Assembly (NCBI GenBank): GCA_024641705.1
Contig: JAHECO010000002.1
Location: 8,282 to 72,281, forward strand
Origin: Candidatus Kryptoniota bacterium
Lineage (GTDB): Bacteria > Bacteroidota > Ignavibacteria > Kryptoniales > JAKASW01
Direction: 5' to 3'
DNA: 64,000 bases
The translations under genes and the position numbers were made by a program. Below are positions 52,834 to 62,072 of the stretch, one piece after another (position 1 is the first letter of the stretch; each line of letters opens with the position of its first letter). A model generated the notes under the pieces. The model saw only the letters and a list, made by a program, of their open reading frames with translations, was not told the origin of the DNA and did not search any database.

Positions 52834-55800
52834 TCAGGTCTCGTCCCCGTCGGAAGCCTCCAGTGCCGCCCTCACCTTCTGGACAAGCTGCTCGAAGTCG
52901 AAGGGTTTCTCTATTACCTCTACTATCCCTTTCAGCCCTGCGCGTTCCTCCGGTGTTATGTAACCGGTGGCGATCAGAACGCGAACCTTCGGATTTATGA
53001 TCGTGAAGTTTTCCAGGACCTCTCTGCCCGACAGTTCCGGCATATTAAGGTCCAGGACCACGAGGCTGATATCTTCCCACTCTTCCTTGTAGATATCGAG
53101 CGCGGTCATACCGTCCTTTGCGGTGACGACCACGTACCCCGCCTGCTCAAGGAGAAACTCCGCCGCTTCCCTGATCCCCGGTTCGTCATCCACGAACAAA
53201 ATCTTCTTCCCGTACGTCGAGTAGGGTTCTCCGACGTGCGACGGGCCCACATCCAGGTCTGAGCCTTCCTCCCCGGAACTCGGCGGCAGATATATGCTGA
53301 AGACCGTTCCCTTCTTGGCTTCGCTGTAGACCTTGAGGAATCCGTTGTGCGATCTCACAATTCCGTACACCACGCTGAGCCCGAGCCCCGTGCCTTTGCC
53401 TGGCGGTTTCGTGGTGAAGAAGGGCTCGAATATCTTGCTCATCAGTTCCGCCGGAATTCCCTCGCCGTTGTCTCTCACCATTATGAAAGCGTAAGTCCCC
53501 GGAGTGACCTGGTACACCTCCGCCTCCATCGGCGTGACGTCGCGGATCTCCGTCTTCAAAAGAAGGGTTCCCCCGTGAGGCATTGCATCTCTTGCGTTGA
53601 CCGCGAGGTTGAAAATGACCTGCTGAATCTGGCTCTGATCCCCTTCGACGTAGATGGGGGCAGGGTTGAGTTCGGTCTCGATCTTTATCGTGCGCGGGAA
53701 AGTTTCTTCAAAAAGCGGAAGCGACTCGACTATGATTGCATTTATGTCGAATGCCCTCCTCTGCTCGAGGCCTTTGTGCCTGCTGAACGTCAGAAGACGC
53801 CGGGAGAGATCGCTCCCGCGGAGCGCGACGTTAGTGATGTTGTCGGCGTACTTCTTAAACTCCGTATTCTCGAGCCTGCGCTGCAGCAGCTGCGACGACC
53901 CCAGGACCACCTGCAGGATATTGTTGAAGTCGTGGGCGATCCCCGCCGCCAGCGTGGCCATCGACTCCAGCCGCTCGAACTGTTCCAGCTTCTCCTTCTC
54001 TCTGAATTCGCTGGTGCTGTCGACGACAAGCGACTGAACGCCGACCTTGTTTCCGATGTGTATGAGGCTCGAATAGCCCGACAGCACAATGTGTCTCCCC
54101 GAGGCAGTCGTGCCGTTCGCCTGCCAGCGGTCTCCGTTCTTCTCCCCCCTAAGGATAGAACCGAAAACACCTAGAAGGGTAGTGTGATCTTTGGGATCCA
54201 AAAAGACGGACAGGTCGCTCCCGGAAAGGCGGTCGATTTCGGACTCCAGGATTTCAGCCAGACGCGCGTTGGCAAATATCAGCCTGTCGTCGACCATTAT
54301 AAAGCTTCCGATATACGGATTCTCAACGATCCTTCTATACTTGTCTTCTGAACTCTTGAGCTCACTGACCTTGTCCTGAACCTCCTTTTCGAGGCGCATC
54401 GACCACCGGAACGCCACCGAAAGTATCACTATTCCACCGCCGAAAAGGCCCAACATCAGGAGCCCGGCGAGAAGGAGGAGGGAATTTGTGGGTCTGAACA
54501 GCCCTGAAATCTTCCCTTCAGGCTGAATCGACGCAAAAACTCCCCGATATCCCTGGAAAATGAGGGGGGTCGTGACAAGCAAGTAATATTCCCCCATTCC
54601 GGAAGATGCCTGACCCCTTAGTATCTTGAATCCCTCGAAATCTGCTTGTGAAAGCGCGTCAAGTTTTCCGGCCAGGTCCCGACCATCGATATCGCCGTGC
54701 TTAAGTGCCGCATTAAGGAAATCTTCACCTATTTCCGTCTTATCGCTCGAATATATGATCCTCAGGTCTGGTGACACTAGCGCTAAATCGGCAGCATAAT
54801 CCGTCAGGTCGGCAATACAGCTTGAAATCATCCGATTGACATCAACCAGCGCAAAGGCGTAGGTGCTGTTCTTGTAACGATTTCTCGCCCTGACTACAAT
54901 CAGGTATTTGAGGTTGTCGCTCTGCGGGCTGACAGCGAGCTCGACTCCGTTGTCGTTGGCTCGAATTTGAGTCGTCATGAGAAGTTGCTTCACAAGAGTG
55001 TCGGTCATTGCCGACTTAGCCCCGTAGAGAAGCCCCAATGATTTCGCGCTGTCCGCATCGCCCACGGCGTCGACGTAGACTCTTCCCCTCTTCAAATCCA
55101 TCAACACCATCCTCGGGTCGACCGCATCTTCCGACCGCTGGAGTTTCAACACTACATCCTGCAAAGTAGACCGGACCCTGGCCGCCGCGAGTTTGCTTAT
55201 CGCAAGCCTCGACCTTGCATTGGTGTCCAGCGTCGATATTCTCAAATCTCCGTAAAGCGACTCAGCGACCAGGAGTATCACGAAGATGAAAGCCATCAGT
55301 CCTGCCCCGATCAGATAGAGGTCTCTCAGGACCCTGACTCTCAGTGTGTCCACGTAGGTGGTCTTCACCTGGCGCAGGACGATCGGGAGATAGAGCCGGA
55401 TAAATTGGATTATGAGAAGGCTCACGAACACCGAGATGGCTAGACCGAAGGTGTTCAGTAGAATCCTCGACGTCGGATAGAGGCTCATGCTCCCGCTCAT
55501 CCTGGCGATAACGAGCCACGCAGCAGGTTCGGCCAGGTAGTAGACAGAAAGCCCTCTAATGAGTTTCGACTTCCAGGCAACCTGGCTCTTGCCGAGCAGG
55601 TAGAAGAACTCTCCAATGTAGAACACAATCCCGAACAACGCTGCCTGTCTCAGGATATAGCAGGTGGCGCCGAGTCTCCAGTAGATCGGGCGATCGTATC
55701 CCAGGAAATAAGGTATAAACACTATGAGGAATATCAGGACGACGAACTCGCCTATCCTCGCGGTCTTCTTCGCCTTTCGGCTCAACTCCGGCTGGTTTAC

Positions 55801-56085
55801 AAGAAGGAATGAGTAAATTCGGTTCGTCCCGATCAGTGCCAGGACCAGGCCGAGTGCCATGCCGAAGGTCAGTATGAAAAGCCAGAAGGCATCGACGTTT
55901 CCGAAGACGATGTCGAAATAGATTTTGAAAAGGTAAGAGAATGTCAGGACCGAAGCGCCGGCAAAAAGGGACGTGCCTCCCCGCGATCTGCCGTAGGCCA
56001 GACCTATCCTGAAAGCGAGATGGGTCAAGGAAGCTATAGGGAGAATAACAAAAAGAAAGTCGAGTATGTCGGCAGCAATTGTCAT
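52834..56085 (-). CDS. Hybrid sensor histidine kinase / response regulator with a large polytopic N-terminal sensor region
   Basis: About 8 N-terminal TM helices, an extracytoplasmic segment, a further TM, a PAS-like region, H-box HDFNNILQVV, G-box GTGLGLSVVYGIV, and a C-terminal receiver (ILFVDDEP...VLDLNMPELSG). The ATG at 56085 is preferred over the TTG at 56139. Confidence 0.85.
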   Translation of the reverse strand: MTIAADILDFLFVILPIASLTHLAFRIGLAYGRSRGGTSLFAGASVLTFSYLFKIYFDIVFGNVDAFWLFILTFGMALGLVLALIGTNRIYSFLLVNQPELSRKAKKTARIGEFVVLIFLIVFIPYFLGYDRPIYWRLGATCYILRQAALFGIVFYIGEFFYLLGKSQVAWKSKLIRGLSVYYLAEPAAWLVIARMSGSMSLYPTSRILLNTFGLAISVFVSLLIIQFIRLYLPIVLRQVKTTYVDTLRVRVLRDLYLIGAGLMAFIFVILLVAESLYGDLRISTLDTNARSRLAISKLAAARVRSTLQDVVLKLQRSEDAVDPRMVLMDLKRGRVYVDAVGDADSAKSLGLLYGAKSAMTDTLVKQLLMTTQIRANDNGVELAVSPQSDNLKYLIVVRARNRYKNSTYAFALVDVNRMISSCIADLTDYAADLALVSPDLRIIYSSDKTEIGEDFLNAALKHGDIDGRDLAGKLDALSQADFEGFKILRGQASSGMGEYYLLVTTPLIFQGYRGVFASIQPEGKISGLFRPTNSLLLLAGLLMLGLFGGGIVILSVAFRWSMRLEKEVQDKVSELKSSEDKYRRIVENPYIGSFIMVDDRLIFANARLAEILESEIDRLSGSDLSVFLDPKDHTTLLGVFGSILRGEKNGDRWQANGTTASGRHIVLSGYSSLIHIGNKVGVQSLVVDSTSEFREKEKLEQFERLESMATLAAGIAHDFNNILQVVLGSSQLLQRRLENTEFKKYADNITNVALRGSDLSRRLLTFSRHKGLEQRRAFDINAIIVESLPLFEETFPRTIKIETELNPAPIYVEGDQSQIQQVIFNLAVNARDAMPHGGTLLLKTEIRDVTPMEAEVYQVTPGTYAFIMVRDNGEGIPAELMSKIFEPFFTTKPPGKGTGLGLSVVYGIVRSHNGFLKVYSEAKKGTVFSIYLPPSSGEEGSDLDVGPSHVGEPYSTYGKKILFVDDEPGIREAAEFLLEQAGYVVVTAKDGMTALDIYKEEWEDISLVVLDLNMPELSGREVLENFTIINPKVRVLIATGYITPEERAGLKGIVEVIEKPFDFEQLVQKVRAALEASDGDET

Positions 56086-56143
56086 TAAGGAACAGGGCTT
56101 TGCTGCCACTATAATAGTTAGCGGGCAAGGCGTAAGCAAGTGA

Positions 56144-56182
56144 AAATAAACAAAAAACGCATCCCGCGGGGACGGGATGCGT
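56144..56182 (-). terminator. Rho-independent terminator after the 487-aa barrel gene
   Basis: On the minus strand: AACGCATCCCG tcccc CGGGATGCGTT followed by TTTTGTTTATTTT. Confidence 0.7.
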
Positions 56183-56208
56183 TCGCAAGGGTGAGGTATT
56201 ATGTCAGT

Positions 56209-57672
56209 TCAAAACCGGAATTTCAGAATGCTGAGCACCACCGAAACATTCTTGGCGGCTGCCGGGTCGACGACTGCGTTGAAGGTTCCAACTCCGAGGT
56301 CGATATCCCAGAACGGCAGGTTGATGCCGAAACCGAGAGCCCACCTGAACCCGTACGCACCCCCGAAGCCGAGACCCGTTCTGATCGGGAAGAGACCGAT
56401 AGGTCTCCACTCGGCACCAAGGACAAATTCAGGGATCGTGGAATTTCCGAGCGAGTTGTTCAACCCCTGGTGATAGTCTATTGCGACCAGAAGCCGGCCC
56501 GGAATCATCGGGAACAACTCGTCAAGTTCCACCGACGCGCCCAGGTTGAATCGCGTCGGAAGCGGGGTTGTGAAGCCCGACGAGACCGAATCCCTGTTCT
56601 TGAAGAAATCCTTGAAGGCATTGTTAAGGCTGTCGACGTTGCTCGTGGCGTTCGGCACCCCCACCTGCGCGGGAGAGAACCCGCCGAACGTGAATGAGGT
56701 GTCACCGCTGGTCCTGATGGCATTCTTCGTCCACGCAATCCATCCGATGTCGGTGAAGCTATAGCCTACCTTTACGAATTCCATCACCTTCGCCGTCCCG
56801 CCGAGGTCGAATCCGAAACCTGTCCCCGCCGGGTCGAACGGGTTGAAGTTCATAGTGGTGTCGCCCACGTTGCTGTTGACCGCCTTCGACAACGCGTTGC
56901 TTATGAAGCCGGCCCTCTGTCCGTCGAAACCCATGCTCACGTCGAAGGCGTAGTTGGCTGAATCCGTGTGCAGAGAGCTGTTTACCGTATTTACATTGGC
57001 GTAGCCTATACCCGTGACGAACTTGATGCCGATTCCTGCCTCGAAATCCTTGGCAATTTCCTTGGGTACGATGAGGAAATGGGGCAATCTCATGGCAAAA
57101 TCCGCGTTGTAACTGCGATACCACCAGGTTGTTGATCTTATGTTGTTCCACGAGAAGTCGGTTCCCGGAGGATTGCCGTTCAGCACAAAAAGCATGAACG
57201 AGTTCGGAATCGACGCGCGGGCACCGATATGATCGTCTACTGAGAAGCCGAGGCCTATGTCAAGGCCCCGAACCGCGACTCCGAGGTCACGGATGGTGAC
57301 GTCGGTAAGAACCTCCCCCACGCCTCCCGGGAAAGCGGAAAGTATTCCCTGCTTGTCCGACTCGGTCAGGAACCTCCCTATCTGGTTCCCTGCGCTGTCA
57401 ACCTGGCCGGTGCCGGTGAAGTAGGTATTGTACAGGTCAAGACTTAGAAAATCGGAGCCGGCTCTTACACTCAGCGGCGCTATTTCCACGACCACGTGCC
57501 CCCGAGAGAGTGCGATGAGGTTCGCGGGATTCGTCCCGATGGCATCGGCGTCGGTCGAAACCGCCGTGGACAAACCGCCGAGTGAAACGAGTCTCGCGCT
57601 TGCAATCTGTTGAGCGCGCGCGCCGAAAACCGGCATCAGGAAGAAGAGTGCGATGGCTATTGTCTTTTTCAT
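56209..57672 (-). CDS. FadL/PorV-like OM beta-barrel protein (apparent paralogue of 11688..13145)
   Basis: Signal peptide ending GARAQ, N-terminal LGGLSTAVSTDADAIGTNPANL, C-terminal LKFRF. It is nearly the same length as the other FadL-like gene. Confidence 0.6.
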   Translation of the reverse strand: MKKTIAIALFFLMPVFGARAQQIASARLVSLGGLSTAVSTDADAIGTNPANLIALSRGHVVVEIAPLSVRAGSDFLSLDLYNTYFTGTGQVDSAGNQIGRFLTESDKQGILSAFPGGVGEVLTDVTIRDLGVAVRGLDIGLGFSVDDHIGARASIPNSFMLFVLNGNPPGTDFSWNNIRSTTWWYRSYNADFAMRLPHFLIVPKEIAKDFEAGIGIKFVTGIGYANVNTVNSSLHTDSANYAFDVSMGFDGQRAGFISNALSKAVNSNVGDTTMNFNPFDPAGTGFGFDLGGTAKVMEFVKVGYSFTDIGWIAWTKNAIRTSGDTSFTFGGFSPAQVGVPNATSNVDSLNNAFKDFFKNRDSVSSGFTTPLPTRFNLGASVELDELFPMIPGRLLVAIDYHQGLNNSLGNSTIPEFVLGAEWRPIGLFPIRTGLGFGGAYGFRWALGFGINLPFWDIDLGVGTFNAVVDPAAAKNVSVVLSILKFRF

Positions 57673-57682
57673 GTCGTCACCC

Positions 57683-59812
57683 TCACTTCCCTACCAAACT
57701 TTTGTCAACCCTGAAGGCGAAGTTGCCGTACACTTTCAGAGAGATGGTGTTGGTCTCCGTGAACGGAACTGGCTGCGATCCGACAGGATTGCCTAGAGGA
57801 GTCAGGAACTGATAGAGAAAGATCATCCGTGAACTCGCGAATGCTCTCGCCTGGGTCCCGGCAAGGAAAAGCAGGTTATGCTGGAATGTCGGAAGTCTGA
57901 CGGACCCGTCCTGATTAACTTCGGCAGCCGGAATCGCGAGAGAATCAAGCGGCGTGACCATACCGGTCAGAGTATCCAGAAGCGAGGTCTTGATCAACAC
58001 GGTCATCGGAAGGCCGTTATTCACATCGAAGTACACCTTTGCGCTGTCGACGTCTCCCATACGCACACTCGTGGTGGAATCGAAGACAGGGCTGCCCGTC
58101 GTATCTCTGAATGCCGCGTTTAAGATGCCCACCTGCAGCGGCAAAGTGATGGTATTTGTTATACCTATCCTGTCGGTATCGTTGATACTCCCCGGCTGAG
58201 TCTGCGGGGTATATGGAACACCCGGGGGAATATCCTGGGGAAGCGGATTCACTTTGGCATAGCCGGTTATTATGAATTGATCCGGTATCTTGCCGTAGTT
58301 TATCGCAAATGAGTTCATCGCATTCGCAAATTTCCTGCCAAGCCCGACGGTGTTGTCTTGATCAGGATAAACAACCACGGAAGTATCTGCCGAGTCCGGA
58401 GAGACCATGTTAGGAAGTGAGCTATTCATCGGGGTCAGGCTCACGTGAATGAAGTATGGAAATCCACGACTTCGAACCTTGAAACGGAGATGGGTCGAGT
58501 CCCCGAGAAATGTAATCCCTCCGCTGAACTTCATCTTGAAATCGCCGAGGTCCACCTGCTGCGTATCGCTCGCGAATGTAAACGTGTTCTTCGGATGAAT
58601 GACACCGGAGAATGAGCTGAACTGAATATCTGACGTGCTGAATGAGCTCTCAATCGTATTGGCAACATCCACGTCGATGAACTGACCTTGTGATCCCGGG
58701 ATCCCGACAGTCACTGTGTACCGGAGCGAATCGGTCGGATTGCCGTACGCGTCGGACATATTCAGGTTGTATCCCGACAGATCTATCGGTTCGGTGTAAC
58801 TGCTGCCGGGAGAACCGGCGGCAGACAGCGTGAACTGTCGCGTCAGCGGTACGTTCTGGCTGTCAAGACTATTGATAACTACTGTTACCGGATACACAGA
58901 CATGTTGAAATGATTCGTCACGCTGAGATAGAGATAACCGCTGCCAATCGTCGCCGAGGTAACCATATCCTGTTCAGACAAGGGGATGCTGTTTTGTATG
59001 ACAACGGGCGCCTGGCTGGGAACGATTGCGTTAGCCTGCGAGACTTGAAGAACTGTAAACCCCATATTAAATGAAAGGAGATTGTCGGATTGATATGTCT
59101 GCGGCGTACTTGAGCTATCGGCGCTGTACGTAAAGGAAAGAGTCGGATTATTGGTAAGGACTCTGCCCGCGAGCTGAAGCGTCGTGTCAAATGAGCTGTT
59201 GGCCTGTATGGAGTCGAGCGGGATGGGAAGCGGATTCCCGTTGGCGTCGAGGATGTTGACTTGCCCGCTGCTGAAATGCACCGTGGCGGGATAACCGTTA
59301 GCGATCGTGATATGGAGCAGGCCATTACTGATCGTCGCCGACTTGTAGCTCGCAAACGGAGCCTGGGGTCCCAGGTTATTTTCGGGTGTCGGCGGGATCG
59401 CGGGCACCGGGGCCGTTTGACCTTTGGTGATACCTCCCGGATACGGAATCACGTAACTAATCGAATCCGGAGAATCTATTGTGAAGCTCGAAACCCCCTG
59501 TGTCAGAGGGGTGCTGGGAATGGCCTGCATGCTCAGAGTTGCGCCGACCGGAATACCTTGCACCTCCTGAACCCTCTGGACATAGAACAGGTTGTTGTCA
59601 GGATAACTGCTGAGTCGCGTAGTGTCTCCATTCGACACCATTACCGAATCTTTCTGTAAAATCTCCGCGAGGCTGTACGTGCGGTCGAAAATCGGGGCCG
59701 AGAGCTGGGTATCCCAGCTCGGCATGACGAAGGACGCAACCTTGTACTTTGAACATCCGACCATAGCGACTATGATCGCCGTGATCGAAGCGTAAAGTAC
59801 TCCTTTCTTCAT
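57683..59812 (-). CDS. Large lipoprotein (about 710 aa), function unknown
   Basis: The ATG at 59812 gives MKKGVLYASITAIIVAMVGC (lipobox). Ser/Thr/Asn/Pro-rich, beta-rich sequence. It ends 10 nt upstream of the barrel gene. Confidence 0.6.
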   Translation of the reverse strand: MKKGVLYASITAIIVAMVGCSKYKVASFVMPSWDTQLSAPIFDRTYSLAEILQKDSVMVSNGDTTRLSSYPDNNLFYVQRVQEVQGIPVGATLSMQAIPSTPLTQGVSSFTIDSPDSISYVIPYPGGITKGQTAPVPAIPPTPENNLGPQAPFASYKSATISNGLLHITIANGYPATVHFSSGQVNILDANGNPLPIPLDSIQANSSFDTTLQLAGRVLTNNPTLSFTYSADSSSTPQTYQSDNLLSFNMGFTVLQVSQANAIVPSQAPVVIQNSIPLSEQDMVTSATIGSGYLYLSVTNHFNMSVYPVTVVINSLDSQNVPLTRQFTLSAAGSPGSSYTEPIDLSGYNLNMSDAYGNPTDSLRYTVTVGIPGSQGQFIDVDVANTIESSFSTSDIQFSSFSGVIHPKNTFTFASDTQQVDLGDFKMKFSGGITFLGDSTHLRFKVRSRGFPYFIHVSLTPMNSSLPNMVSPDSADTSVVVYPDQDNTVGLGRKFANAMNSFAINYGKIPDQFIITGYAKVNPLPQDIPPGVPYTPQTQPGSINDTDRIGITNTITLPLQVGILNAAFRDTTGSPVFDSTTSVRMGDVDSAKVYFDVNNGLPMTVLIKTSLLDTLTGMVTPLDSLAIPAAEVNQDGSVRLPTFQHNLLFLAGTQARAFASSRMIFLYQFLTPLGNPVGSQPVPFTETNTISLKVYGNFAFRVDKSLVGK

Positions 59813-60030
59813 CTCAAGACTCCTTTCAACATTAACGGGATGTGAAAATCGCGTTGCGCTCTCGAGAGAAAATAAGCAGAACGGGATACACATAATTTGT
59901 CATGAGTCACACCGGCTTGCGCCAGGTCACTCATGTACTTAATCGGATGTTTAAATGAAGACTTTATGCGAAAAGTCCGATGCATATATGACCCTAAACA
60001 CGGGCTCTAAGGTCTCTCGATGACTCGGGT

Positions 60031-60348
60031 TCATGCGCCAGGTGATTGAAACCCGAACGGCGCGGTCGGAGGAACGGGACCCGCAAAGACTTTGATCTCC
60101 CCGAAATTCCGCTCATACTTCTCGACATTCTCGCGCAGCGCGCCCAACAGCATCTTGGCATGCTGAGGAGTCATTATAATTCTCGCATGCACTTTCGCCT
60201 TCGGTACTCCCGGCAACAGCCTCGTAAAATCTATGATGAATTCCGCCGGCGAATGCGAAATGATGGCAAGGTTGGAATATATCCCCTCCGCCTCCTTGTC
60301 GCCAAGCTCGATGCTGATCTGCTGCGGCGCGTTCTTCTCTTCCGACAT
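60031..60348 (-). CDS. DUF3467-family protein
   Basis: GIYSNLAIISHSPAEFIIDFTRLLPG...KVHARIIMTPQHAKMLLGAL matches my memory of DUF3467. Confidence 0.65.
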   Translation of the reverse strand: MSEEKNAPQQISIELGDKEAEGIYSNLAIISHSPAEFIIDFTRLLPGVPKAKVHARIIMTPQHAKMLLGALRENVEKYERNFGEIKVFAGPVPPTAPFGFQSPGA

Positions 60349-60487
60349 CTCAAACTCCTGGGTTCTCCGGGAAGATCACGCATTCCCGGCTGTAATTCCT
60401 ATTCTTTGTTGGTTCGTGAGCAACTAGCTGACTTGGACAGGTACTCTCAAGAATAAGCCTAAAACAAGATTGAAACAACGGATGACT

Positions 60488-60532
60488 TAAAAAAAGAGCC
60501 GCCGAGAAGCATCCTCCCGCATTCCCGGCGGC
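60488..60532 (-). terminator. Rho-independent terminator after the TPR gene
   Basis: On the minus strand: GCCGCCG (21-nt loop) CGGCGGC followed by TCTTTTTTTAAG. Confidence 0.6.
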
Positions 60533-60556
60533 ATCTCTAAACTTCCCGGTCTCTGT

Positions 60557-61981
60557 CTAGTGCATCTGTCTCAACGAGTCCGCTTTCTGCATGGCGTTCT
60601 GTGCCTTCTGTACTTCGTTCAGGTAGGCATAAACCTTCCCAAGCAGCTCCCAGATATTCGGGTCGTCGGTCTTGTAGGTGGAATATTGCTCGAGATAAGG
60701 AAGTGCCTTGGCGAATTTTGAGCTCACTGCCTTCCTCAGCGAATCGGGGTCGCTGTTCGGAGAAGCGCCGGTTTGCATGTCGACTCCCCAGTTCACGTAC
60801 GACGCGCCGATGTTGTATATCGCATTCCAGTATTTCGGATCGATCTTCAGGGTCTTATCGAACTGGTCTATCGCCTGCGCGTAGTTGTTTCCCTTAAGGA
60901 GTATCACTCCGTAATTGTACTGGAAGTCCTTGTTGTCAGGATTCTCCTCTGCGGCCAACTTGAACGCCTCTGCCGCTTCCACCGTCATGTCTGCTCCGAT
61001 ATAGCAGTTCGTGAGTATCGTCATGATGTTCGAATCGTTCGGATACAGTTGACTTGCCGGCTTAAGGATATCGAGGCCTTTCATGAAATACTCGACGGCG
61101 AGTTTGTACTTGGTAGAATCGATCTTGGGATTGTAAACAAAATCTGCCTTTTTCGTCGCCAGTGTGTCGTTCTCAAATGTGATGGTCAACCCCAGTGTCT
61201 TGTATACCCAGATAACCTTCGCTTGCTCCTGGGAGGCCTTCCTCCGCTTCCCTTTCGCCTTGGGCGGCTGCTGCGTTGTTTTTTCGTCGGGCTGCCCGAT
61301 AGCGGATGTGACATCGCCTTCAGACATTCCCGTCTTAAGAGACTCCAATCCACCGGCGATTTTTATTTTGTCTCCGTTCTCGTCCTCGAACGCCTGCTTG
61401 AGAGCGTGTCCCTTCTCATAATAGATCTCGCCCAGGAATTTTGCCGCATCCTGATCTTTCTCCCTGGTCCACAGGACCTTAAGCGGGTCAATCGCACTGT
61501 CTGTCTTGCTCATGTTCAGATAAGCGTAAGCCAGCCCGCGGAAGCTCATCGTGCTGTCCGGTTCGAGAAGAATAGCTCCCTGGAATGACTTCACTGCCTG
61601 GGGATAATACGAAGCCGTATCGCGGCCTTTCTGGAGTGCCGAACTCCCGGCGTTGTAGCTGATCACCCAGTAGTGTTGCCTGACCTGCTGAATGTCTTTC
61701 TCGTGAACGTTGGAAATTTTCAGGGCATGGCCGAAAGCATCCAGCAATCCCTCAATATTCTTCTTCTCGCCCCGCACTATACCGAGGTAATACCACCCTT
61801 CCTCGTCGAGAGAATCGCTCTGCACGTCCTTCTCGAGCTCCGCTTCAGCCTTATCCCACTCACTCTTCTGCATATACAGCTTTGCGCTTGTCAGTTCCGC
61901 CGAAGAACACTGGAAGCCGACAAATGCGAAGCTCACTGCGAGAAGTCCTATGAGAGGGGCCCAAACACTGTACTTCTTCAT
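60557..61981 (-). CDS. TPR-repeat envelope protein with an internal BamE/SmpA-OmlA-like segment
   Basis: N-terminal signal/lipoprotein-like sequence (FVGFQCSS) and multiple TPR-like helical repeats. The central LKTGMSEGDVTSAIGQPDEK...VIWVYKTLGLTITFEND resembles BamE. Confidence 0.7.
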   Translation of the reverse strand: MKKYSVWAPLIGLLAVSFAFVGFQCSSAELTSAKLYMQKSEWDKAEAELEKDVQSDSLDEEGWYYLGIVRGEKKNIEGLLDAFGHALKISNVHEKDIQQVRQHYWVISYNAGSSALQKGRDTASYYPQAVKSFQGAILLEPDSTMSFRGLAYAYLNMSKTDSAIDPLKVLWTREKDQDAAKFLGEIYYEKGHALKQAFEDENGDKIKIAGGLESLKTGMSEGDVTSAIGQPDEKTTQQPPKAKGKRRKASQEQAKVIWVYKTLGLTITFENDTLATKKADFVYNPKIDSTKYKLAVEYFMKGLDILKPASQLYPNDSNIMTILTNCYIGADMTVEAAEAFKLAAEENPDNKDFQYNYGVILLKGNNYAQAIDQFDKTLKIDPKYWNAIYNIGASYVNWGVDMQTGASPNSDPDSLRKAVSSKFAKALPYLEQYSTYKTDDPNIWELLGKVYAYLNEVQKAQNAMQKADSLRQMH

Positions 61982-62072
61982 TATCTCTCACTCCATTCCA
62001 AAGTTTTACAAATTTGTTTCAATAAATATAAAGTCCGTCGCCTGGATATGCAATTTGTTGTAAGGCGGCAAC

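Noticed and set aside
59901-59938. Hairpin CATGAGTCAC...GTCACTCATG between the DUF3467 gene and the large lipoprotein gene, considered as a terminator
   Set aside because: There is no U-tract on either strand. It may still be an operator or processing site, but I have no supporting evidence.
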